Shown one piece after another: positions 13,938 through 27,314 of a DNA stretch of 64,000 nt. The notes below the pieces were generated by a model. It had not been told where the DNA came from and did no database searches. It saw nothing but the letters and a program-made list of their open reading frames with translations. This DNA comes from Amoebidium appalachense (Eukaryota; Protista; Ichthyosporea), in contig CAVNZM010000014.1 of assembly GCA_963693365.1 (NCBI GenBank), forward strand, positions 310,001 through 374,000. Reading direction: 5' to 3'. The stretch's first letter is position 1. Each line of letters starts with the position of its first letter. The position numbers and the translations under genes were made by a program.

Positions 13938-16107
13938 TCGTCTCTCTCTACGCCGTCCCCCCCCGGGCACCCGAACCCTTCTGATCAACCAACGGCCCTT
14001 TCTCGCCACCCCCTACATACATCCCGGCATGCCTATTGGCAAAGTAGCACACCTGCACACACATACCTCTATCTGTACCCTCTCTCACCCCCCATCTCTC
14101 TCTGCAGGGTATCGTGTGTGCTGCTGCCGTGGCCTCCGCCAACAGCGTGCAGTCGTTCTATGCCAGCAGCATCAAGGCGCTCAAGCTGCTGTTCTGGATG
14201 GGTCTGCGTGTGCAGCAGGCCTGCCCCCTGACCACTCTCAACCCGTCCATCCTTGCCGACTCCCTTGCCCACGATGAGGGCATCCCCACCCCCATGCTTG
14301 TCGTGTCCCGCCTGCCCCAGTCCGTTGTTCAGGAGCGTGTGGATGCTGCCAATAAGCTTCTCCCCGAGGGCCGTCAGATGGAGATCACCCTGGTCAATGG
14401 CCCCCGCACGGTGGTTGTGTCCGGCCACCCCCAGGCGCTGTACGGTCTGCAGGTGACCCTGCGTGACCTCAAGGCCGGCAAGGAGAGCCAGGCCCGTGTG
14501 GCCCCCTCTAAGCGCAAGCAGAACTTTGCTACGAAGTATCTGCCCGTGTCTGCCCCCTTCCACTCCCACTACCTCAAGGTCTGTACCCCCCCCCCCCCCC
14601 CCCCTCCCCCGGGTCTCCATCCTCTTCTCTTGTTGCCTTGCCCTTCCCACCTCCCCCTTCCCCCCCCCCCCCCCCCTCTGCTCCCCCATGTCATTTTATC
14701 TCCTACCTCCCACCTCCCCCCTCCCCCCTCTCTCCCTCCCCCCCCCTCCCCCCCCCCCCAACACCCTCCCCCCTTCCCTTCCCTCCCTTCTCTGGGACCT
14801 TCCCCAAACCTGTGTTGTGCAACATTTCCTATACACACCCGTGCTTACCGATGCCTCCCCCCCCAGTCCGTGCCGGCTGCTTTGGAGGCAGACATTGTGC
14901 GTGAGGACCTGACGTGGGTCAGCAAGCCCGAGGTGGAGGTGCGGTCGACCGATGACGGGTCGGACCTGCGCAACGCCAAGGACCTGACCCGTGAGCTCGT
15001 GCGCCTGATCTGCGTGTGCCACGTCAACTGGCCTGCTGCAACTGCTGAGAAGGGTGAGCTAAATGCTTGTGCTTGTGCTTGTGTTTCGACGGTGCCCCAC
15101 GTGCATATGTATCCCCAAAGACAGAAAATCCACCTTCCCCCAGTCTTCTACTCCTCCTCCCACCCCCCCCCCCCCCCCTCCCCCCCTTTACTAATCCCCC
15201 GAACAACTCTATCACAAGTCTTCAACCTTCGGAAGTTAAAAAACTAGGCCGGTGCATTTTAAAGCTTTGCAGGGGGCTGCCACCTAAACCGATGCTTATC
15301 CATGCACTCCACTGGTACACGCACACATACCAATGTTTGTGCATGCACATGTAACCAGCAGATGCACACATGAGCCCCCATATACCTCATGAGTGCACAC
15401 GTCAGCTGACGTGCATCCCCCCCTCCCCCCCCCCCCCCCCCCCCCCCCCCACACACACCCACACCATGCCCGTGTTTCTTTGAGCTTCAACCAATCCCCC
15501 CCTCCCTCCCCCTCTCCACCCCCTCTCCACCCACCCTTCACCACCACCACCGGCCCCTTCCTATGGCTACTATCTTTGTTTTATGAAAGCACAAAAGCAA
15601 ATTCAGACAGCGTGCACGTTTTTGCATGCAGGTGCCTAGAGGTAGACTTGCACAAACTTGCACACATCTACATTCACACATCCACACACAAACACGAACA
15701 CCCCCGCAACACATCCACACACATGCACACCACGCGAACATACGTTCACATGCATCACATGCACACACACACATGCACCACACATGCACATACATACACG
15801 CGCATACACACACACACACATACACCACACACATAAAGTCACCACATACACCACACACGCACACATCTACTCCCCCCCCCCCCCCCCCCCCCCCCCAAGA
15901 CGGGTGACCTACCCATGTTCAAGTGAAACAGTATTTGAGTTGGGTTTCGTTAACGAGGTGAATAGGTCGAAACTCGGGTACTGTGGATGACGTGGGCCCC
16001 CCCTGAGGATGGTCTTTGCTTATTATGCATACTCTTTATGTATGGCTTGCATTCTGCATCGTGTTATCCGTTTGTTCTTGTGTACTTCGTACTTTTTGAC
16101 GCATTCA

Positions 16108-16162
<55 letters not shown>

Positions 16163-18404
16163 CCCCTCCTCCCACCTACACACATATCAATGCACAAACA
16201 TTTCCCCATCTTTTAGCCACACCCCAGCATGCACTAACCCCACATATCCCCACAGTAACGCACATGCTCGACTTTGGGCCCGGTCGCCAGGCTGGTGTCG
16301 GTATCCTCCTGCACCGCAACAAGCAGGGCTCCGGTGTGCGTGTGGTGCTTGTTGGCTCCGAGACCACCACGGACTCCGAGCTGCCCAGCAAGGCACTTGT
16401 GTTCAGCGGCAATCAGGAGGCCCTCTCCTTTGCCCCCGACTGGGCGCAGGAGTACGCCCCCAAGCTGGTCAAGCTGCGGGGCACGGGCAAGGTGCACATC
16501 TCCACGCCCTTCTCCCAGCTGCTGGGCAAGCCCCCCGTGATGGTTGCTGGTATGACCCCCACCAGTGCCAATGCCCAGTTCATCAGCGCCGTGACCAATG
16601 CCGGCTACCACTGCGAGTTGGCTGGTGGTGGACACCACAACCCCGCTATGATGACCAACTGCATCGAGAAGATCATGGACCAGACCCCTCCCGGCTCCAA
16701 CGTGACCTGCAACCTGCTGTTCCTCAACCCCTTCCTGTGGGGCTTCCAGTACCCTCTCGTCAAGAAACTCCGCCAGCAGGGCTACCCCACCGATGGGTTG
16801 GTTATTGCCGCCGGTGTGCCTGCCGGAGACAACGCCAACGAGATTCTCAGCACCCTCAAGGAGGCCGGTGTGCGCCACATCTCCTTCAAGCCCGGCTCCG
16901 TGGACAGCATCCGTGACGTCATCAACGTTGCCGATGCCAACCCGTACATGCCCATCATCATGCAGTGGACCGGTGGACGTGGCGGCGGACACCACAGCTT
17001 CGAGGACTTCCACCAGCCTATCCTCGAGACCTACCACCACATCCGCAAGCGCAAGAACATCATCCTTGTGGCTGGCTCCGGCCTGGGTGATGCCGCCAGC
17101 GCGCTGCCGTTGATGACCGGTGAGTGGTCCGTCAAGTTCGACTACCCGCCCATGCCTTTTGACGCCGTCCTTCTGGGCTCCCGCATGTTGGTTGCCAAGG
17201 AGGCTTTTACAGCCGAGTCTGTCAAGAAGCACCTTGCCGAGAACTGCGAGGGTGTGCCAATGGAGCGTGAGGCCGAGTGGGAGAAGACCTACACGGGCAT
17301 CCTTGGGGGTATCACCACGGTCAACAGCGAGATGGGTGAGCCCATCCACAAGGTGGCCACACGGGGCATGATGCTGTGGAAGGACATGGACGAGAAGATC
17401 TTCAAGCTGCCCATCAAGGACCAGCTCCCCGCTTTACTCAAGATGAAAGACTCGGTCATCAAGCGCCTCAACTCGGACTTCCAGAAGCCTTACTTCGGTC
17501 GCAAGGCTGACGGCACCGTGTGCGATGTCGACCAGATGACCTACGCCGAGGTTGTTCGCCGCATGGTGTCTCTGACCTGGATCGCGCACAAGAAGCGCTG
17601 GATCGACCCCACCCTGCGTCGCAGCACCTACGAGGTGTTTGTGCGTGCCGCCGAGCGCCTGGGCAACGGCAAGCTGCCCAAGCTGCTTGAAGCCGAGGAC
17701 CTCCTTGAGAAACACCCCGAGGGTGTGATGGCTGCTGTTGACGAGGCCCTTGCTGAGCTGCCGGGTGCCGAGATCCAGCTCATGTCCAGCCAGGACATCC
17801 AGTACTTCCTTGCTGTGTGCAGCAGGCGCGACCGCAAGCCGCCTAACTTCATCCCCATCCTCGACGACAACTTCAAGGCCTACTTCAAGAAGGACTCTCT
17901 GTTCTACTCCGAGGACCTGGACAGTGTCCCCGAGCAGGACCTTCAGCGTGTGTGCATTCTTCAGGGTCCCGTTGCCGTGCACCACAGCCGCAAGGCCAAC
18001 GAGCCCGTTGCTGAAATCCTCGGCAACATGTACAATGGCCTTATTCAGGCGCTGCAGGAGCGCAATGCGCCCACCGAGGAGGTCGAGTCTCTCAACGAGA
18101 AACATGAGGCCGCTGCCCCCGTGCCGTCCGGTGTTGAGATGCAGGTTGACGGCAGCACCACGGTCTACACCATGCCCAAGGTGGCCTCCCGCCTGCCCGA
18201 GGCCGATGCCTGGCTGGCCCACCTGGCCGGCAGCAAGTACAACTGGCTGCAGGTCCTGCTGACCGGTGAGTGCACAGACAGGCACACCGTAAGCTTCATT
18301 TCGTTTGGAATTTTTTTCCTTTCACCCCTTTCTCTGTCCCTCTCCCCCTTCTCCCCCTTTCTTTTCACCCTCCCCCCCATTCTTTCCTCCTCCCCCCCCC
18401 CCTT

Positions 18405-18437
<33 letters not shown>

Positions 18438-18577
18438 TTCCCCCGGCCCCCGAAGGCCTCGATTACTACCTCGAGGTTTGAGAAGAAAGGCTGTTGTTGC
18501 AGTGCTTTGGGACCCAGGCATCCATATACCGACACACATTCAGCCCATACTTGTATGCACGGCACACGCACATACAT

Positions 18578-18611
<34 letters not shown>

Positions 18612-18880
18612 GCAGCAAACAGCCACACACCACAGCACACCTCACAGCACCCCAGACATGCATCACAAACAACACACACACACACACACACACCTTAATG
18701 CACACACACGTACATGCGTACACACACACACTACACACCCGTACACACATGTGCATGCACCGTGCAACCATCACATCATGTACTAGCACTCAAGCCACAT
18801 ACACAACTACACACCACCACCCCCGCGCATGCACCACACCACCATCCACACAACCCACGTATCCAATACCCATGACATCC

Positions 18881-18912
<32 letters not shown>

Positions 18913-21714
18913 ACACACACACACCCATACTCACACTGTGCCCCCCCCACAGTGCCCATGATCGTTCAGGGCCGCACCTGGACCACCAACAACTCCATGC
19001 GCCGCCTGTTCAAGCCCAAGCCGGCCCAGGTCATCCGTGTGGAACGCGATGCTTCCGGCACTCCCACCAGTGTCAAGGTCTACGACCCAGCCCTGTCTGA
19101 GGCCATGACCGAGAACGGTGCCCCTGCCCCGGCCCTTGTTGCCAGCGTGTCCGGCACCCAGATCACCCTGACCCTCAACGAGCCCTCTCTGGTGCGCAAG
19201 GGTGCCGCCGAGCCCCTGACACTGCGCTACGAGTACAAGCCCGAGATGGGGTATGCCCCCATCCACGAGGTGATGGAGGGCCGCAATGCTGCCATCAACG
19301 ACTTCTACAGCCGCATCTGGTTCGGTGAGCCCCTGGCCAAGGCCTTTGGCGCTGACACCACCGTTGCTGCACGGCCCATCAAGAGCACACACACCATTAA
19401 GCGTGCTGAGATCACCGCGTTCTGCCGCGCCACCGAGAACAAGAGCGAAGCGTCTGTCGAGCGTGGGCAGGATGTCCTTGAGGCACCTATGGACTTTGCT
19501 ATTGTCGCTGGCTGGCGCGCAATCATGGGGGCCCTTCTTGCCTCCCATGTCAACGGTGATATGCTCCGCCTTGTGCACCTGAGCAATTCCTTCAAGATCC
19601 TCAACTCTGCTGCCCCCCTGCGCGAGGGTGATGTGTGCGAGACCGAGGCCGAGGTGGTTAAGGTGCGCACTGCCCCCGGCACCAACAACCTTGTGGTGGG
19701 TGTGCGCGGTACCATACGCCGCAACAGTGTCGACATCATGCAGCTGGCCTCCGAGTTCCTATACCGTGCAGGCCCCAAGGAGAGCTGGGACCCGTCCATG
19801 TTCTTCGAGAAGAAGACAGAGACTCCCGTGGAGCTCAAGATGAACCGCCTCCAGGACATTGCCGTGCTCAAGTCCAAGCCCTGGGCTCAGTGGGCCACCG
19901 ATGCCGAGCAGTACTTGCGTGAGGGTGCCACCCTTGTGTTCCGCCTGGACTCGCTCACCAAGCCCAAGGCCAACAACGACATTGCCTATGTCAAGACCAC
20001 TGGCACGATTGTTGCGCAGTTCGACACGGAGGAGAAGCACGAGATTGGCAGCGTGGTGTATGAGAAGACAGACGTCAAGGGTAACGCCGTGCTTGGCTAC
20101 CTGCAGCGCCACGGCAAGCTCCTTGAGGAGGAGGAACTCTTTGGCAGCGGCGGCTACAGCCTCATGCCCAAGAGCGACGCCTTCTCTTCCACCATCATGA
20201 CCCCTGCCACCAACAAGACCTATGCCGCTGCATCCGGCGACACCAACCCCATCCACGTCAACAGCTACTTTGCTGACTACGTCGAGCTGCCGGGCACCAT
20301 CACGCACGGCATGTGGACCAGTGCCAGCACTCGCCGCCTGGTTGAGGTGTTTGCGGCCAGCAACAACCCTCAGCGTGTGGTGTCCTACCACGTCGAGTTT
20401 GCAGGCATGGTTCTCCCTGGTGACAAGCTCGAGACCAAGCTCAAGCACGTGGGCATGGCCGAGGGTAAGATGATCGTCAACGTCGACACCTTCAACCAGC
20501 ACGGCACTAAGGTGCTGCACGGTGTTGCACATGTGCAGCAGCCCACCACGGCCTATGTGTTCACGGGCCAGGGCTCCCAGGAGAAGGGCATGGGTATGGA
20601 TCTCTATGCCACCAGCCCCGTGGCTAAGGCCATCTGGGACCGCGCTGACAAGCACTTCCGCGAGCGCTATGGTTTCAGCATCATCGACATTGTGCAGAAC
20701 AACCCCAAGGAGCGCACGGTCTACTTCGGTGGCCAGAAGGGTGCCGCCATGCGCGAGTTCTACATGAACCTGTCGTACGATGTCGTTGACTCTCAGGGCA
20801 AGGTGGAGACGCTCTCCCTGTTCCCCACCATCAACAAGGAGACCCAGTTCTTCACCTTCCGTCACCCCGAGGGTCTGCTTGCTGCCACGCAGTTCACCCA
20901 GCCGTCGCTGGTGCTGTTTGAGAAGGCCGCTTTTGAGGACATGCGCGCTCGCGGTCTGATCCAGAAGGGTGCCACTTTTGCCGGTCACTCCCTGGGTGAG
21001 TATGCCGCCATCTCTTCCTTCAGCAACATGCTGACTGTGGAGTCTCTGATGGACGTCGTGTTCTACCGTGGTATGACCATGCAGTACGCCGTCAAGCGCC
21101 ACCCCGACGGCACCTCCGACTTCGGCATGGTTGCTCTCAACCCCGCACGTGTGGGGCTGAACGAGAAGCTCATGCTGATGCTTTGTGATATGATCACCGC
21201 ATGCAACCCTGGGTCCCTCCTTCAGATTGTCAACTACAACGTCGAGAACTGGCAGTACGTTGCTGCCGGCGAGGTCAGCAGCCTTGAGACACTGACTCAG
21301 GTTCTCAACGTTGCCAAGCAAAAGGCCGTTGATTTCCGCAAGGTTCAGCCGGCCGATGTTGAGGCAGTGATCAAGACGTGCCTGCAGGGCGTGCTCGAGG
21401 CCAAGGCCCAGAAGGGCCGCATCCAGCTCACACGTGGTGTGGCCACCATCCCCCTGCCCGGTATTGACGTGCCCTTCCACTCCCGCTTCCTGCTCTCTGG
21501 TGTCGGCCCGTTCCGCTCTTACCTGCGGTCTCGCCTGGACAAGGACATCGATTTGTCTCTGCTTGAGGGCCAGTACATTCCCAACCTGACTGCCCGCCCC
21601 TTCATCGTCAACAAGCAGTACTTTGATGAGGTCTATGAGACCACACACAGCAAGGAGCTCGAGGCCATTGCCAAGGAGATCGATCTCAGCAAGCCCCTCA
21701 CCCTCAAGGGTATG

Positions 21715-21750
<36 letters not shown>

Positions 21751-21827
21751 TTTTTCCCTTTCCCTTTCCTTTTTCCAGCAGATCTAGAAGTAACCACATG
21801 TTTATCTGCCAATGGGTTTCGCTGCAT

Positions 21828-21878
<51 letters not shown>

Positions 21879-24800
21879 ACACACCTTGGCTTACTCACAC
21901 GCACAAACAAAGGCAGTAAGATACCCAGTCTAACCATTATACCCCTTCACAGACAAGCAGCGCCTCGGGTTCACGATCCTTGTTGAGCTGCTTGCGTACC
22001 AGTTTGCGTCCCCCGTGCAGTGGATCAAGACCCAGGACGTGTTCTTCGGTGAGCGCAACATCGAGCGCCTGGTCGAGTTCGGCCCCTCAGGCACCCTTTC
22101 CGGCATGGCCCAGCGCACGCTCACGCTCAAGTTCTCCTCCGAGGACAAGCTGCGCAGCCAGACCCGCACGGTGCTGACCATCAGCAAGGACAAGCAGGCC
22201 CTCTACTTCGACTTTACCTCGGACGATGATGAGCCCGCTGCCTCCGATGACTCTGCCCCCGCTGCCGCCACTGCACCCGCCCCTGTTATGGCTGCCGCAC
22301 CCATGCCTGTTGCTGCCGCCGGTGGCCCAGCCGTTGATCGCCCAGTGACGACCAAGGAGGTTGTGCGCACGGTGGTTGCACTCAAGCTCAAGAAGGCATT
22401 GGGTGAGGTGCCCATGGACAAGAGCGTCAAGGACCTGGTTGGCGGCAAGTCCACCATGCAGAACGAGATCCTGGGTGATCTGTCTGCCGAGCTGGCCACC
22501 AGCACCATGCCTGAGCGTGTGGAAGAGATGCCCCTGGCCGAGGTTGCTGATAAGCTGACCGGGTCGGGCCGGCTGGGCAAGCTGCTTGCCGGCAAGGTGG
22601 CCAAGCTTGTGGGCACCAAGATGCCGGCCGGCTTCAACAACAAGAAGGTTGCCGACCACCTGCAGCAGCGCTTCAACATTGTCGGCGCCAGTGTCGACGG
22701 TGTCATGATGACCGTACGTGTCCATACCCCCCCCCCCCCCACCCCACCCCCCACCCCCCCCTCTCCTCGTCCCCCTTTTCCTCCCCACCCTTTGCCAGCC
22801 ACATAGAGGACAGGATCTCTCTCTCACTGCATAGACTCGTGTAACCCCTCCAACCCCCCCCCCCCCCCCTCCCCGGCCCCCTGTCCCACATGCCTTGCTT
22901 GCCCCCCCCCCCCCCCTCCCCCCCTCACTGGCCCTCCCAGCCAACCCCCACCATGTTTGTCTGTTGCTGATTTACCCCCCACCCACAGGCGCTGACCATG
23001 GAGCCCGCTGCACGCATTGGTGACGAGGCCAAGGCGAAGGAGTTCCTGGACACTGCTGCCCAGGCCTATGCTGCCGCTGCCGGCATCAGCCTGTCTTCTG
23101 GTGGTGCTGCTGCAGGCCCAGCCATGGCCATGTCCATGATGCAGATGGCTGCTGGGCCCAGTGGCCCTGCTGCCGTGGCCGACAAGCCCGTGTCAGCCAT
23201 CGAGTTCCTGCGTGTGCTCATTGCCCTCCGTGTCAAGAAGAGCGTTGCTGATGTGCCTGCCACGGCCACCATCAAGTCTCTTGTTGGGGGCAAGTCCACC
23301 CTTCAGAACGAGCTGCTTGGTGACATCCAGGCCGAATTTGGTGATGGCTTCAAGGCACCCTCCGACCCCGCCGAGCTTCCTCTTGATGCTCTGGCCAACG
23401 CCGTCACCTCCTATGCCCACCCGGGCAAGGTCACCAGGGGCCTGGCTGGCCGCCTGGCTGCATCCAAGCTGCCTGCTGGCTTCAGCATGACGGCAGCAAA
23501 GGCCCACCTTGGGGCCAAGCACGGCCTTGGTGCTGAGCGCCAGAACGGTGCCATCCTGCACGGTTTGGCCATGGAGCCTGCGGCCCGCTTGGCCTCCAAG
23601 GCCGAGGCTGAGGCCTGGTTGGACACCGTGGCTGCCTCCTATGCCGCTGCTAACGGTGTGACCCTGGGTGCTGGTGGTGCCGGTGGTGCCACCATGGGCG
23701 GGTTCATGGCCGCTAGTGTGGACCTTGCCAGCAGTGGTCAGTACCAAGCCGACCAGGCTAAGCAGCGCCGCATGCTCGAAGATAACGTCAAGAGCATGCA
23801 GGCATACCTGGGCATCGACCCCCGTGCCGGGGACAAGCTTGCAGAGGAGCAGGCCCGGCTTGCTGCAGCCCTCGAGGCCGACAAGGCGCAGTTCCTTGCC
23901 GAGCACGGTGAGTTCTATGTGGACGGCACCAAGGGCAGGTTCAGCGCCAAGATGGCCCGCAAGTACGACAGCAACTGGAACTGGGCCCGTCAGGACTTCA
24001 TGGAGCTGGTGCTTGAGGCATCCACCCTGCCTGAACCCATTGCCGCCGACAAACTCAAGGAGCTGAGGGCCAAGTGGGAGTTCATTCTCAACAGGGTCAC
24101 CCCCAGCCTGCTTGAAATGTTCGACTACTACTTCGGCAAGACTAACCACGGCAAGAAGACCGCTGAGCTGCTGGGCATCAACGTGGCCTCCATCAAGGAC
24201 ACTAAGGCCCCCCGCTACGTCAGCAAGGTCGAGAACAAGGCCCCGCATGTGGAGATCTCGGAGGACGGCAAGCTCAAGTACAGCGAGACCGTGCGCCCAC
24301 AGAGCTACATTGACGAGATCACCGCCAGCCCCGTTAGTGCTGAGACACAGGCAGAGGCTGAGCGTCTTGCCGACATGCTGCAGGCTGCCACCCTGCGCCC
24401 AGAGACCCGTGCCATGTTCATGGCCATGCTCAAGCAGCTGCCTGAGACCAGCGGCGAGCTGCCCCCCCTGCACATCCGCGAGCAGAAGGTTGGCAAGTGG
24501 CACTACAACGAGAACATGACCAAGATGTACCTGGATGCCCTGGCCGCCATCAGCAGCGAGGGGCTGTGCCTCAAGGACAAGACCGTGCTGATGACGGGCT
24601 GCGGCAAGGGCTCTATTGGTGAGGCCATTCTCGAGGCCGTGCTTGCTGCTGGGGCCAACGTGGTGGTGACCACGTCCAGCTTCAACTACAGCACCACTGA
24701 GTTCTTCCGCGCCAAGTACGAGACGAACGGCGGCCGCAGCAGTGCCCTGACCATCCTGCCCTTCAACCAGGGCAGCGTGGCTGATGTCAACGCCCTTGTG

Positions 24801-26622
24801 GACTATGTCTACGACACCATGCAGATTGATCTCGACGTGGTGATTCCCTTCGCTGCCATCAGCGAGGGTGGGCGTGAGATCGACAACATCGACTCTCGCT
24901 CCGAGCTTGCCCACCGCATGATGCTCACCAACGTGCTCCGCCTGGCCGGGTCCATCAAGGCCAAGAAGGCTGCACGTGGCTTCGACACCCGCCCATCCTA
25001 CATGGTGCTGCCTCTGTCGCCCAACCATGGTGTGTTTGGTGGCGACGGTCTGTATGCAGAGTCCAAGATCGGCCTTGAGGTGCTGTTCAACAAGTGGCAC
25101 TCTGAGAGCTGGAACAAGTACATCTCTCTGGCTGGCGCTGTCATTGGCTGGACCCGCGGCACTGGCCTGATGGCCCAGAACAACATCGTCGCTGAGGGTA
25201 GCCTACCAACCCCTCCCATAACCCCCCCCCCCAACACACACACATCCAAAAAAAGAAATAGAAGAAACAAGACCTCCCCACTCCCTCCCCCCCCCATGAA
25301 AAAAAAAAAAAAAAAAAAAAAAAAACCTCTAACCCACCCTCAAACACACACATACACAAGACAACACTGCCACCACCAACCATTCGCGCACATGAGTGCA
25401 CGTGTACACACACACACACACATACACACGACCACCAGCCTCACGACATCAAACATGCAAACAGCCCACCACTGTATATGCCTTCACCCACTTACCCTCT
25501 TTTCTTCCCTCCTTCCTCTCAGGTGTTGAGAAGCTCGGTGTGCGCACGTTCTCCCAGGCGGAGATGTCCCTGAACATCATTGGTCTGCTGCACCAGAGCA
25601 TGGTGGACCTTGCAAGCACAACCCCGGTGTGGGCCGACCTGACTGGGGGCATGGACAAGGTGGAGGGCCTGGACAAGGCACTCAACCAGCTGAGAGCAGA
25701 CCTCAACCTCAAGGCCAGCACGAGGGAGGCTGTGGCTAAGGACACACAGGCGGATGCCCAGGTAGGAATATACACGTGCACCCACGCAAACACACACATA
25801 ATGCACATCATTTGGCACAAGCGCGCACACACACAGGTACAACACGCCGGGCACACAGGCACACACATGTCCACATACACACACACTTGTAACACCGGGA
25901 GCGACGGTACACACATGCACAAAGACACCCACATCACATGGGGCACATATTCAGCACCACAACAGCATACACTCATCCGAAGCAACGATCCACAGAACAC
26001 AGGAGCGTTAGTAAAACACACGTGTATGCCCCAGCTACCACCCTTTGCTAATCACCCCACCCACAGGTCGAGAAGGGTGCCCGCGCACCCCCCCGCGAAT
26101 CCGAGAAGCGTGCCAACCTTCTTGTCGAGTTCCCCAAGGTTTCTCCCTACGAGGACCTCTCAGCCCGTGTGGGTCACCTCAAGGGCATGGTTGATCTTGC
26201 CAAGGTGGTGGTGGTCACCGGTTTCGGTGAGGTTGGACCATGGGGCAGCAGCCGCACACGCTGGGCTATGGAGAAGGACGGCAAGTTCTCACTGGAGGGC
26301 TGTGTGGAGATGGCGTGGATGATGGGCCTCATCCGCCACCACAACGGCATGATCGGCAAGGAGTTCTACTGTGGTTGGGTCGATGCTGCCTCCGGCCAGC
26401 CCGTCAAGGTACTTGATTTAAATCACCCCTCATAACCCCCCACCACACACACACACACACACACACAAATACGCCAAGCTTAGAATAAAAGAAGAGAGAG
26501 AGCCCCCCCAAAAGATAAGAATTCGCAACCCTGCCATTGGCTCAAAGGGCACGCAGAAGCAAGTGCCAACACGAACACTGAGAGACATGCACACACGGAC
26601 ATTGCACGTGCTGATCATTTTT

Positions 26623-26658
<36 letters not shown>

Positions 26659-27283
26659 TTACAGGACCTAGACATCAAGGCCAAGTACGAGGAGCGCATC
26701 CTGGCGCACACGGGCATCCGTGTGATCGAGCCCGAGTTGTTTGACGGCTACGACCCCAACAAGAAGAAGTTCCTCGTCCAGGTGTGTATACCGAACAAAA
26801 CACTTGCATGGCTTAACCATTGCACCCAGAGAAAAGAAGAAGACAATACCCCCCCCCCCCCCCCCCCCCCCCCCCCTTCCCTTCTGGTTGCCTCTCCTCT
26901 CCCTTCTCCCTTTTATGTTAGTCTCCCCCTCCCTCCCCCCCCCCCCCCCCCCCCCCTCCCTCCCTCCCTCTCGCCCTCCCTCCCCCATTTATCCGCAAGT
27001 ACTGACCGATTTTATCTCTAGGTCGCTATTGAGCGTGACATTGGCCCCGTGGAGTGCACGGAGGAAGAGGCCATGCACTACAAGCGTGAGCACGGGGAGC
27101 ATGCCGAGATCTACAAGAACGAGAGTGGCCAGTGGCTGGCCTTCTTCAAGAAGGGCGCCCAGATCTACATCCCCAAGGCCCTCAAGTTCGACCGCCTGGT
27201 GGCCGGCCAGATCCCCACCGGCTGGGATGCACGCCGCTATGGTGTGCCTGAGGACATCTGCAGCCAGGTAACAGACCAACCCT

Positions 27284-27314
<31 letters not shown>

